Source: a virus
Strand: one strand, 5' to 3'
IMG/VR virus record: IMGVR_UViG_3300046723_000260
Coordinates: 8,243-72,242 of that record
DNA length: 64,000 nucleotides
Both the position numbers and the translations under genes were made by a program. The notes beneath the pieces were generated by a model. That model made no database searches, had not been told where the DNA came from, and saw only the letters and a list, made by a program, of their open reading frames with translations. Shown here piece after piece: positions 1 through 8,275 of this stretch (its first letter is position 1; each line of letters starts with the position of its first letter).

Positions 1-19
1 CGCCTGCAACACCACGCTG

Positions 20-997
20 GTGTTCCTCACGACCACCGGGGCGAACACCTGGCTCAACAACACCGGCTGCGCGACGTTCCAGATCGACTGCGTCGGCGGC
101 GGCGCATCGGGGGCCGGCGGTCCCGCCGCCTCGAACGGTCGCCCCGGCGGCGGCGGCGGAGGCTGGACCAAGTCGACCGGCGTGACGGTACTCGGCGGCG
201 CGACGGTCAACTACACCGTCGCCACGGGCGGCAGCGCCACGACCGGGACCACGGGCAACGTCGGCGGAGACACCTTCTTCAACGACACGGTGTTCCCGTC
301 CGCCGGATCGAACAAATGCGGGGCCAAAGGCGGGGCGGCCAACAGCAGCGACACCGGAGGCCTCGGCGGCTCGGCGACCGCCGCGTACGGCGGCGCGGGC
401 GGCGGCACCCTCAACCCCGGCGCGTCGTTCGCCAAAGCGGGCGGTCAGGGTGGCACTTCCAGTTCGGTCTCGAACAACCAAGGCGGCGGAGGGGGCGGCG
501 CGGGCGGGCCGAACGGCACGGGCGGCGCGGGCGGCGGCAGCACCGTCCTGACGGCGGGCGGCGGCGGCGGCGGCAACGGCGGCGGCTCGGCAGGAGCCGG
601 GCCGACCGCCGGGACCACGGGCGGCAACGGCGGCGACAACTCCGGAGCCACCGGGCACGGCGTCGGCACCGGCACGACCTGCGGGGCGGGCAGCAACGGC
701 GGCGGCGGCTCGGGCGGCGGATCAAACTCTGGCGTGAACGTCGGCTGCGCCGGCGGCGGCGGCACCGAGTTCGACGGCAGCCACGGCGGCGGCGGCGGCG
801 GCGGCGGAGCCGGCATTTTCATCAGCGGGACCGGAAGCACCAACGGCGGGCCGGGTGCCAATTACGGCGGCGCCGGCGGCGGCGGCTCAAGCCGCGGCGG
901 CGCCGGCACGGCGACCAGCGGCGCTGGCGCCCCGGGCCTGATCGTCATCACGCCGATCTCGGCGAACGACAACTTCGAGCTGGCGAGGGCGGCCTGA
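20..997 (+). CDS. Glycine-rich tail/fiber-associated protein (probably 5'-truncated by the window edge)
   Basis: Extremely Gly/Ser/Thr-rich (GGGGSGG runs) with the 'IDCVGGGASG' ... 'GAGAPGLIVIT' ends typical of phage glycine-rich domains; lies just upstream of the lysis genes. Confidence 0.7.
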   Translation: MFLTTTGANTWLNNTGCATFQIDCVGGGASGAGGPAASNGRPGGGGGGWTKSTGVTVLGGATVNYTVATGGSATTGTTGNVGGDTFFNDTVFPSAGSNKCGAKGGAANSSDTGGLGGSATAAYGGAGGGTLNPGASFAKAGGQGGTSSSVSNNQGGGGGGAGGPNGTGGAGGGSTVLTAGGGGGGNGGGSAGAGPTAGTTGGNGGDNSGATGHGVGTGTTCGAGSNGGGGSGGGSNSGVNVGCAGGGGTEFDGSHGGGGGGGGAGIFISGTGSTNGGPGANYGGAGGGGSSRGGAGTATSGAGAPGLIVITPISANDNFELARAA

Positions 998-1230
998 TGG
1001 GCGCGACCGAGGAAACCGCGAAGGCCGCCTCCGGGTTCATGGAGGCGATGAAGGGCCAGCCGCTGAGCCTCGCGCTCGTGGTGATGAACATCTGCTTGAT
1101 GGGCCTGATGTGGAAGGTTTACACCAAGGCCGACGAGACCCGGCAGGCCCAGATGAAGATGATCTTCGAGGCGCAGCGCGAGGTGCAGCAACTCCTCGTC
1201 AAATGCGTCATACCACCGGAGGGAAAGTGA
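997..1230 (+). CDS. Small single-TM membrane protein (possible holin/antiholin)
   Basis: ATG overlaps the upstream stop (TGATG); MGATEETAK... with hydrophobic segment LSLALVVMNICLMGLMW; directly precedes the endolysin. Confidence 0.5.
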   Translation: MGATEETAKAASGFMEAMKGQPLSLALVVMNICLMGLMWKVYTKADETRQAQMKMIFEAQREVQQLLVKCVIPPEGK

Positions 1231-2102
1231 TGGCACATCCGTACCAAGAGCTCGCGGCGGAGTACGAATCCTGGGTGGCGAACTGCCGGCCGAGGCCGGA
1301 GCGCGAGCACGAGATCGACCAGGTCGCCCGCGGGCTCTTGCGCGGGCTCCAGCACTTCGACGCGATCGCGGCGGAGACCGGCATCCCGGTCGTCGTCATG
1401 GCGACGATCTGCCACCGCGAGTACGGCGAGAACGGCGCGATGTTCAACCGCAACCCGGCGCAGGGCGATCCCCTGACGCACCCCTCGACGCACGTCCCGG
1501 CGGGGCGGCCGCCGAGCGACCACTGGCCGGTCACCTGGGAGGTCGCGGCGCTCGACGCTTTCACGGTCTGCGACCGGCTCAACGTCAACAGCGCGCCGTG
1601 GTCGCTGCCCTACGCCTGCTGGAAGTGGGAATACTACAACGGCGGCGGCAGCCGGGCGCACGGCATCCGCACGCCCTACGTCGTCGGCGGCACGAACCTC
1701 CAGCAGCGCGGCAAGTACGTCAGCGACCACAACTGGGACCCGACCGCGATGGACCAGCAGCTCGGCTGCCTGCCGATCGCCATGCGGATGATCGAGCTGG
1801 AGCCGCGGCTGGCGTTCGGCGAGGCGGTCGAGCCCGCGGCCGAGCCCGCGGAGCCGGAGGTCGCGGCGGCCCCGCCCGCGGTCGGCGCGCACCTGACCGG
1901 GGTCAAGTGGGTGCAGGCCTCGCTCAACGTGGTGGAGAACCTCGACGCGCCGCTCACGGTCGACGGCAGCTTCGGCCGGCTGACCCGCGCCGCGGTGCGG
2001 AAATTCCAGCAGGAGCACGGCATGCCGGACACCGGCTACGTCGACGAGGCGTTCTGCGCGGCGATGGACGCCGCCCTTGCCGCGAATCGGCCGGCCACGT
2101 AG
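1230..2102 (+). CDS. Endolysin: lysozyme-family catalytic domain plus C-terminal peptidoglycan-binding domain
   Basis: ICHRE...AQGDPL...WEYYNGGG...PYVVGGTN...GKYVSD..WDP..MDQQLG (COG5526-type lysozyme); C-terminal VKWVQASLN...LTVDGSFGRLTRAAVRKFQQEHGM..TG is the PG_binding_1 pattern. Confidence 0.85.
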   Translation: MAHPYQELAAEYESWVANCRPRPEREHEIDQVARGLLRGLQHFDAIAAETGIPVVVMATICHREYGENGAMFNRNPAQGDPLTHPSTHVPAGRPPSDHWPVTWEVAALDAFTVCDRLNVNSAPWSLPYACWKWEYYNGGGSRAHGIRTPYVVGGTNLQQRGKYVSDHNWDPTAMDQQLGCLPIAMRMIELEPRLAFGEAVEPAAEPAEPEVAAAPPAVGAHLTGVKWVQASLNVVENLDAPLTVDGSFGRLTRAAVRKFQQEHGMPDTGYVDEAFCAAMDAALAANRPAT

Positions 2103-2111
2103 GAGGGGAAA

Positions 2112-2426
2112 ATGGCCGAAGAAACATCACCCCCGACGAGCGTCCCGACGGTGAAGCCGTCGAGGCCGATCTGGCTCCCGGACACGCAGGGCTTCCTCGC
2201 GATGGCGATCATCATCGTCGTCTCGTTCCTCGCGGTCATGCTGCTTTTCAAGAGCAGCGCGATGGACGACAAGGTCGCGGGCGCGTTCATGACGCTGCTC
2301 GGCGTGATGACCGGCTGCCTCAAGGACGTCTACAGCTACTTCTTCGGTTCGAGCTCGGGCTCGGCGAAGAAGGACGACGTGATCTCGGCGATCGCGGTAA
2401 CGCCGACGCCGCCGCAGGAAAAGTGA
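2112..2426 (+). CDS. Holin-like two-TM membrane protein
   Basis: Two hydrophobic helices and a 'YFFGSSSGS..K' motif common in phage holin-like proteins; SD AGGAGGGG; follows the endolysin. Confidence 0.7.
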   Translation: MAEETSPPTSVPTVKPSRPIWLPDTQGFLAMAIIIVVSFLAVMLLFKSSAMDDKVAGAFMTLLGVMTGCLKDVYSYFFGSSSGSAKKDDVISAIAVTPTPPQEK

Positions 2427-2428
2427 AA

Positions 2429-2968
2429 ATGTTTCACGTGAAACACTTTTGTGCCGCGCTCCTGATCGCGCTCTTGCTGCCCGGCGTCGCGCTCGCCCAG
2501 GTCAAGAGGGCGGTCTCGCCGCTCGCCGCGCCGGCGAGCAACGACGTCGGCGACGTCCTGACGCGGATCGCGGCGAAGGGCACCGCGGACATCGAGGCCG
2601 CGGACTCCCTCGCCGCGGCGATCGACCCCGACACCGGGCAGATGCGCGACGAGATCGCGCACACTTGCTTCGTCGCGATGATCAAGTTCATCGGCAAACT
2701 GCCGAAGCCGGACAGCCAGCCGCCGGGGCCCGCGGTGATCTTCGAGCGCGTCCGCCTCGCCCGCCTGACGGCGCAGGCCGGGCTCCCGACCTACCTGCGG
2801 ATCGGCTGCGCGCCGCTCGTGCAGGATGAGACGCTGCTGTTCGTCCGCCTCGCGGCGATGGTCGGCGTCACGGTCGGGACCGGCGGCCTCGCGGCCCCGG
2901 CGATCCCGGGCCTCGCCGGCGGGCTGCTGCCGGCGTTGCCCGTGCTGAACCTGCTGCCGATCAGGTGA
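2429..2968 (+). CDS. Exported lysis-region protein with signal peptide and hydrophobic C-terminus
   Basis: (MFH)VKHFCAALLIALLLPGVALA-Q signal peptide; the true start may be GTG 2438. Confidence 0.55.
   Translation: MFHVKHFCAALLIALLLPGVALAQVKRAVSPLAAPASNDVGDVLTRIAAKGTADIEAADSLAAAIDPDTGQMRDEIAHTCFVAMIKFIGKLPKPDSQPPGPAVIFERVRLARLTAQAGLPTYLRIGCAPLVQDETLLFVRLAAMVGVTVGTGGLAAPAIPGLAGGLLPALPVLNLLPIR
2430..2445. promoter_or_regulatory. parS: parS centromere-like site (perfect consensus)
   Basis: TGTTTCACGTGAAACA, a perfect 16-bp palindrome identical to the widespread chromosomal parS consensus. Confidence 0.85.
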
Positions 2969-2972
2969 GCCG

Positions 2973-3392
2973 ATGTCCGCGCGGCGCTCCTCCGGCAGGC
3001 CCAGGCGTCGCGACGACGGCGTCCTGACCCCCGACACCGGGGTGCGAATGTCCCTGACGCAGGTCGGCTTGTTCGGCGCGGGCATCTTCGTGGTCGCCGT
3101 CGGCTACGCCTTCATGGTCTGGAACCAGACCTCGACGAGCAAGGACGTCTCCGACATCAAGACGACCCAGGCGTCCTCGCTGATCACCCTGCAGACCGTC
3201 GCGCGGGACCAGGAGGAGAAGCGCCAGGCGCTCGCCCAGGAGTTCATCAAGAGCAACCAGAAGATCGCCGACAGCATCGGGCAGCTCACGACGCTGACGG
3301 CGGTGACGCAGGAGCGCCAGAAGGCCAGCGACGAGAAGCTCGAGCGAGTCCTCGGCCAGATCGGCACCGCCCTCCAGCCCAAGGCCCGATGA
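2973..3392 (+). CDS. Membrane-anchored coiled-coil protein (possible i-spanin-like)
   Basis: N-terminal TM (VGLFGAGIFVVAVGYAFMVW) followed by a helical Gln/Lys/Glu-rich region; lysis context. Confidence 0.5.
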   Translation: MSARRSSGRPRRRDDGVLTPDTGVRMSLTQVGLFGAGIFVVAVGYAFMVWNQTSTSKDVSDIKTTQASSLITLQTVARDQEEKRQALAQEFIKSNQKIADSIGQLTTLTAVTQERQKASDEKLERVLGQIGTALQPKAR

Positions 3393-3435
3393 AGAATCGT
3401 GGTATTTGAACGCGCCCTCGGGGGGGTGTTCAAAA

Positions 3436-3822
3436 ATGCCGCTCAACAATTCCTGGATGGGAATGTGGCAGATCATCGTGTCTGTCGCGTTGGCGGTGGG
3501 CATCGGCCTGATCGGCATGTTCTGGTCGCTGGCCGACCCGCGCTCCGACATCAAGGACATCAAGAACAACTACGTCACGCTGCGCGAGCACAACGACCTC
3601 GTGACGCGGATGACCGACGGCTTCCGGCGGCTCGAAGCGGAAAGCGTCGAGCAGCGAAAAGAGCTGGCGACGAAGGTCGAAACAGAGTCCCACGCGCACA
3701 CCGACGACGCGACGCGGGCGGCGCTGGTCGGGCGGCTCGACGCGATGCAGCGGCAGATCGACCTGCTGATCTCGCGGTCGCTGATCCAGCCGCCGCCGAA
3801 CGCGAGCGTCCCGCCGCGCTAA
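3436..3822 (+). CDS. Membrane-anchored coiled-coil protein
   Basis: TM WQIIVSVALAVGIGLIGMFW followed by a coiled coil; GC3-rich codons. Confidence 0.55.
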   Translation: MPLNNSWMGMWQIIVSVALAVGIGLIGMFWSLADPRSDIKDIKNNYVTLREHNDLVTRMTDGFRRLEAESVEQRKELATKVETESHAHTDDATRAALVGRLDAMQRQIDLLISRSLIQPPPNASVPPR

Positions 3823-3861
3823 GGGCGCGCGCCTTGGGGTGGCAGCCTCGCCAGGACGCGC

Positions 3862-4257
3862 CTAAAGCCCGATCCGGTACGCCCATAGGGCCTGGAAGCC
3901 GGAAAGCGAGCGTACGGGGCTTATTTCGAGAACGGGACCCACCCGGACGCGGGCCAAACCGTTCGACCCGATCGCCTTCGCCGCCGCCGGGGTCAGGTCG
4001 ATCACCCGCCCCCGGGGGAGGTGGGGACTCCGGTCGACGATCTCGACGACGACGCTCCGCCCGTTGGCGAGGTTCTCGACCCTCGCCAACGAGCCGCAGG
4101 GGAGCGAGGGATGGGCCGCCAGCATCGCGACCGGGGAAAACCGTTTCCCCGGGCACGCCACGGCGTAGTCGACGTAGGTCGAGGCGACGCCGGTCTCGGC
4201 CGCCGCCGGAGCGGCGGCCAGGAGAAGCCCCACCATGCCGCCTAACGGTACTTTCAC
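3862..4257 (-). CDS. RlpA-like (double-psi beta-barrel) lytic transglycosylase family protein
   Basis: Signal peptide then ETGVASTY...AAHPSLPCGSLARVENLANGRSVVVEIVDRSP...RVIDLTPAAAKAIG..GLARV, matching the RlpA pattern. Confidence 0.8.
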   Translation of the reverse strand: MKVPLGGMVGLLLAAAPAAAETGVASTYVDYAVACPGKRFSPVAMLAAHPSLPCGSLARVENLANGRSVVVEIVDRSPHLPRGRVIDLTPAAAKAIGSNGLARVRVGPVLEISPVRSLSGFQALWAYRIGL

Positions 4258-4694
4258 GACTCGCCGATCACCTTCCGCGCCTCGCGGAGGATGCGGGAGA
4301 CCTGGTAGCCGCGGACGGCCTCCTCCTCGACGCGGCGGCAGAAGACCGTCCCGCACCGCCTGATCTCGTCGGCGAACGCCACCGCCTCCTCGCGCGTCTG
4401 CTCGGCGCGGCGGACGTGGTCGTTGGCGATCTTGACGACGTCGTCGGCGATGACGTTGAAGCCCTGGAGGAATCCCTTGCCCGACAGGACTCCGACCTGC
4501 GGCATCGCGCGGTCCTTCTTGATCGCGGCGACGATCTCGTCGAGCAGCGCGTCGAGCTGCTTCACGCTCCCGGAGACGAGTTCGCCGTCCGGCACCGGCG
4601 CCTCGGGCTCTACGACCTTGATCTCGCGGGCGAGGTTGTCCAGGTCCACGACCGGCTCGGTCGTCGCTTTGAAGTCGTCCACAGTCATCGACAT
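4254..4694 (-). CDS. Hypothetical protein
   Basis: GC3-biased codons, SD-like AGGGA upstream, stop overlaps the next start. Confidence 0.6.
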   Translation of the reverse strand: MSMTVDDFKATTEPVVDLDNLAREIKVVEPEAPVPDGELVSGSVKQLDALLDEIVAAIKKDRAMPQVGVLSGKGFLQGFNVIADDVVKIANDHVRRAEQTREEAVAFADEIRRCGTVFCRRVEEEAVRGYQVSRILREARKVIGES

Positions 4695-4834
4695 TTGGTT
4701 TTCCCTTTCCGTTTGCGAAGCAACAGCGTTCAGATTATAAAACGGCATCGAGGCTTTCCCTTGGCTTCGACTTCTTCAGTCATTCCCCCGTTTGAAGAGG
4801 CGACGGCGCCGGTCCTGCCCACCGGCGCCGTTTC

Positions 4835-5275
4835 TCATTTCGCCTTCCGCGCCGCGACCGGGTCGAGCAGCTCGACCGCCTGCCCGGTCCACTCCGGATG
4901 CCCGCGCTTGGCGATCTGCTTCTTGATCAGCTCGATCTCGTCGGCGGAGAGCTCCACGGGATAAACCGCCTTGAAGACCTTCTGCGCGAGCGTCCACCGC
5001 TTGAGCTGCTCGGTGGCGTCGAGGTTCTGCTCCGGCTGCAGCAGCGAGCCGAGCGCGAGCCGGCCGAGCGTCACCGGGAATTCCCGCTTGCACTTCGGCG
5101 GCGGGCCGGGGTCGAAGTCGCCGCACTCGCGCAGCGGGTCGCCGGTCGAGGGATCGACGAGCTGGGCCTGGAAGTTGATGCCCTTCGGCGCGGCCTCCTC
5201 GGCCTTCGCCGACATCGCCGGGACGAGCATCATCGGCACGACCAGCCACATCAGAATCAACGCGATCAGGTTCAT
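4835..5275 (-). CDS. Hypothetical exported protein
   Basis: Signal-peptide-like N-terminus; coupled to the upstream gene. Confidence 0.6.
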   Translation of the reverse strand: MNLIALILMWLVVPMMLVPAMSAKAEEAAPKGINFQAQLVDPSTGDPLRECGDFDPGPPPKCKREFPVTLGRLALGSLLQPEQNLDATEQLKRWTLAQKVFKAVYPVELSADEIELIKKQIAKRGHPEWTGQAVELLDPVAARKAK

Positions 5276-5460
5276 TCGACTTTTCCTTCCTTCGCTTCGA
5301 GTTGTTGCAGCGTCGCCAGCACCGCCTCCATGTGCTGCATGTGCAGGTCGGCGACCCCCTGCGTCATGTTTCTTCGCGCGACTTGGTGCGGATAAACCCG
5401 GCGGCGCATCTTGAGCTCGTATTCGACCTCGGCGATCTGGGACTTGACGGATACGCTCAT
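5272..5460 (-). CDS. Hypothetical phage protein
   Basis: MSVSVKSQIAEVEYELKMRRRVYP..., resembles a common small phage family; 4-bp overlaps on both sides. Confidence 0.65.
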   Translation of the reverse strand: MSVSVKSQIAEVEYELKMRRRVYPHQVARRNMTQGVADLHMQHMEAVLATLQQLEAKEGKVE

Positions 5461-5639
5461 GTCGGAACTCCGCATTTCGGACAACCGTGCAGCCACTCGC
5501 CGGCGATCTTTCGGGTGCGCCAGCCGTCGCGCTTCGCGGCGCTCCAGACCTCGGCGAACTCCGCGCCCGGGTCGCCCTCGAAGACCTCGTCGCACGAATC
5601 GCACTCGATCAGAATTTTCCCGCCCTGCCGGTCGATCAT
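5457..5639 (-). CDS. Small zinc-ribbon protein
   Basis: CDSC ... CPKC. Confidence 0.65.
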   Translation of the reverse strand: MIDRQGGKILIECDSCDEVFEGDPGAEFAEVWSAAKRDGWRTRKIAGEWLHGCPKCGVPT

Positions 5640-5642
5640 GGT

Positions 5643-5816
5643 TCACCACGCCTCGTCGCTGACGTAGGTTGCTTCCTCCTCGCGCGTCGGAGCGCGGTAC
5701 TGCCACTCGCCCGAGGACGCGCGCCGGCGCATGGCGACCGTGCAGGCGTCGAGCGTCCGGCCGTCGACGGCGATCTTCGGGCCGAGGATCACGACCGAGG
5801 TCCATTCGAGCGTCAT
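5643..5816 (-). CDS. Hypothetical protein (57 aa, below the ORF-track cutoff)
   Basis: MTLEWTSVVILGPKIAVDG...WQYRAPT...; fills the operon gap with a 4-bp overlap. Confidence 0.5.
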   Translation of the reverse strand: MTLEWTSVVILGPKIAVDGRTLDACTVAMRRRASSGEWQYRAPTREEEATYVSDEAW

Positions 5817-6007
5817 GATTCAAACTCCTCCGGAGCTATCCCGGCGAAAATGGCGGTGCGAAGTTCCTGCTCGACGATGGAGCTTTGCGTGCGCTTCGCG
5901 ATCTGCTCGATCTCGAACCCGCAGCCGGCGGGAATCCCGTCGAGCTTCAAACGGATCGCGCGGCGCATGCGCTCGAGGTCGTCCAGCGAATACTGACGAC
6001 GTTCCAT
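5813..6007 (-). CDS. Hypothetical protein
   Basis: MERRQYSLDDLERMRRAI...; overlapping start/stop codons. Confidence 0.55.
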   Translation of the reverse strand: MERRQYSLDDLERMRRAIRLKLDGIPAGCGFEIEQIAKRTQSSIVEQELRTAIFAGIAPEEFES

Positions 6008-6336
6008 CACTTGCTCCTGTTGAAGTTGTTCCAGAGCCGGATCGCGAGCGCGAACGGGTCGAGCCCGGCCGCCTCCCAGAATTGACGCTCGCCGACGCGG
6101 TGCTGCGCCTCCGGTCCCTCGCGGTGGCAGTCGGCGCAGAGCGGGACGGCCCAGCGGTCGCTCGGCCGCTCGTTTCCGCCCGCCGGGCGCTTGCCGTGGG
6201 GCAGCGACCCCATCTTGACGTGCGCGGCCTCGGAGAGCGGCGGGCCGCCGCAGACGCAGCACGGCTGCCGCCTGACGTAGTTGAGGAACGCCGGGGACGT
6301 CTCGCGCGGCTCGCGCTGGCGGAGGGCTTCGGTCAT
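6007..6336 (-). CDS. DUF968/Ref-like HNH-type zinc nuclease
   Basis: VRRQPCCVCG...AAHV...PSDRWAVPLCADCH...QH..GE..FW. Confidence 0.7.
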   Translation of the reverse strand: MTEALRQREPRETSPAFLNYVRRQPCCVCGGPPLSEAAHVKMGSLPHGKRPAGGNERPSDRWAVPLCADCHREGPEAQHRVGERQFWEAAGLDPFALAIRLWNNFNRSK

Positions 6337-6734
6337 GGCTTCCTCGGCTTGTGACCTGCGGCGTAATCATGCGCCTCCGGGTTGCCGGAGCCGATCAGCG
6401 CCGGCCAGGACGCCTGCTTGGTCTCGACCTCCGCGCCGAACCGCTCCAGCGCCTGCCGGACGACGGGCCAGCGCGCGGCGACCTCCTGCGAGAGTCCGAT
6501 CATCGCGCCGGTGTGATAGCCGAGCGTGGACCGCGTCCGCTTCATCGCGACGACGCGCTGCTCCAGCGAGACGAGCGCGGCGGACGGGACGTGGTCGAGC
6601 CTCGCGCGGAGGTCGGCGGCGATCGCCTTCAGGAGGTCGAGATCGACGGCAGCGGCGCCGGTGCGACGCCAGAGCGCGATCAGGTTCTCGACCGCTTCGA
6701 GCTTCTCCTGAATGGTGAAGACGTGCAGCGTCAT
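6333..6734 (-). CDS. Hypothetical protein
   Basis: Coupled ORF in the leftward operon. Confidence 0.55.
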   Translation of the reverse strand: MTLHVFTIQEKLEAVENLIALWRRTGAAAVDLDLLKAIAADLRARLDHVPSAALVSLEQRVVAMKRTRSTLGYHTGAMIGLSQEVAARWPVVRQALERFGAEVETKQASWPALIGSGNPEAHDYAAGHKPRKP

Positions 6735-7057
6735 GCCTCGTCCCCGAACAGCAAAACGAGATGGGGGACCAGCGCGGCGCAGCTTTCCGAGACGAAAACG
6801 GTCTTCGGGCCAGCGAGAACCTTCGCGAGGTCTTCATCGGGACCCATGATCGCAGCGAGCGGATCGGAACCTAACGCCACCCCAAGGCCGGCTCGGCGTT
6901 TCAGCGCGTCGAGTACGAACCCTCCGCGTCGGATCGTGATCTCGTAGAACGAGACGTCGCCATGAGCGAGCTGGGCCTTGCCGCAGACGGCACAAGCCCC
7001 GAGCGCGACGAGCTGCTTCTCCTTGATACCCGGTAGCGCCTTCAGGTCATCCTGCAT
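6731..7057 (-). CDS. Hypothetical protein (CxxC)
   Basis: SD AGGAGA, MQDDLKALPG...CAVCG. Confidence 0.55.
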   Translation of the reverse strand: MQDDLKALPGIKEKQLVALGACAVCGKAQLAHGDVSFYEITIRRGGFVLDALKRRAGLGVALGSDPLAAIMGPDEDLAKVLAGPKTVFVSESCAALVPHLVLLFGDEA

Positions 7058-7619
7058 CAACGTTCTCCTTTTTCGGTGCGGGCAAAGCGCGGCGGCGCGG
7101 CGGAGCCTCGATCGCGGCCTCGCGCTCAAGATCCTCGCGGGCGAGCCCGATCATCGCCGCGATCAGGTCGAGCACGTCGCGCTTGCTCTGCTCGAACTCG
7201 TCGCGGAGCATGGAACTGAGCGCCTGGGACTTGGCGACGCGGACGTGGACGTGGCGACCGGAGACGGTGATCCGGGCGTACTCGTCGAATCGCCGCAGCG
7301 CCTTCGCGAAGACCTTGGCGTCCTTCGGCGTGTCGAAGCCGTAGTGCGTGTGGCTGCAGTAATTGCACTCGACCAAGCACCACCGGCGAAGATGGTCCGC
7401 CGTCGGGAATATCTTCGCGACGTTCTCCGGGAGGTTGTCCCAGCCGCCGGCGACGGAGGCGAAGTAGTGGTTGTGCGAGCGCATCGACCGCTGCTCGACG
7501 AGCGTCAGCGGGTACTCCTCGCCGACGGCGAACTGCCGCTCGCACAGCGGCAGGAAGCGCGGCAGCGGCACCATCGAGCCGGCGTCGGTCCAGACGAAGA
7601 CGACCGGGCGAATCTTCAC
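7047..7619 (-). CDS. NinB/DUF1367-like recombination-associated protein
   Basis: RSMRSHNHYFA...WDNLPE...HLRRW...AKSQALSSM..DEF pattern; adjacent to the exonuclease and ERF. Confidence 0.55.
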   Translation of the reverse strand: MKIRPVVFVWTDAGSMVPLPRFLPLCERQFAVGEEYPLTLVEQRSMRSHNHYFASVAGGWDNLPENVAKIFPTADHLRRWCLVECNYCSHTHYGFDTPKDAKVFAKALRRFDEYARITVSGRHVHVRVAKSQALSSMLRDEFEQSKRDVLDLIAAMIGLAREDLEREAAIEAPPRRRALPAPKKENVDAG

Positions 7620-8275
7620 AGCATCCCCCGCAGCTTTGCGTAGAGCCGGTGCAGCTCGTGGTCGAAGACCTCCGCGGCGGCGGCGACCTCGGCGATCGCG
7701 GCCTCGTTGCGCTTCACGGTGAAACTGCGCGGCGGCATCCCCTCGTAGAACAGCAGGAGGTCGACCGCGTCGAGGTCGCAGACCCACTGCGTCCAGCGGA
7801 CCTGCGCCAGATGCTCCGACGGGATCGAGGCGGTCGGCTCCAGCAGCGGGATCAACAGGTGCGGCGCGACGGTCTTGATCTCGAGCCCGCGCGAACGCCG
7901 CGAGAGCAGGCCGTCCGGACTGCACCCGACGAAGCGCCCGGAGGGAAGCCGCCGGCGGACGAAGCCGACGCGCTCGACGGTGATCAAGTACGATCGCTCG
8001 TAGTGCTCGCGGGCGAGCGGCTCCATGTCGTTGCCGCGCTGCATCGCCGCGGTGACGATCTTGCCCTCGGCGGGCTTGCCGGTCATCAGCTCGCCGGCGA
8101 GCTTCCGCATGTACTCGACGCGGGTCTTCGCGTCGGCGTCGCGGAGCACCATCGCGGCGCACGAGGCGGTGGGCGTTCCGAGCCGGAGCTCGTACCAATC
8201 CGGCGAGCCCTGTTCGACCTCGTCGAAGAACTCGACCTCGGGCGGCGGCTTCTTTTTCAGCGCGGCTCTAGCCAC
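7616..8275 (-). CDS. YqaJ/lambda-exonuclease family recombination nuclease
   Basis: EQGSPDWYELRLGTPTAS...MQRGNDMEPLAR..YE...GCSPDGL...LEIK...QV. Confidence 0.9.
   Translation of the reverse strand: MARAALKKKPPPEVEFFDEVEQGSPDWYELRLGTPTASCAAMVLRDADAKTRVEYMRKLAGELMTGKPAEGKIVTAAMQRGNDMEPLAREHYERSYLITVERVGFVRRRLPSGRFVGCSPDGLLSRRSRGLEIKTVAPHLLIPLLEPTASIPSEHLAQVRWTQWVCDLDAVDLLLFYEGMPPRSFTVKRNEAAIAEVAAAAEVFDHELHRLYAKLRGML

Noticed and set aside
20-997. GGC-rich tracts as a VNTR or microsatellite
   Set aside because: Explained by poly-glycine coding
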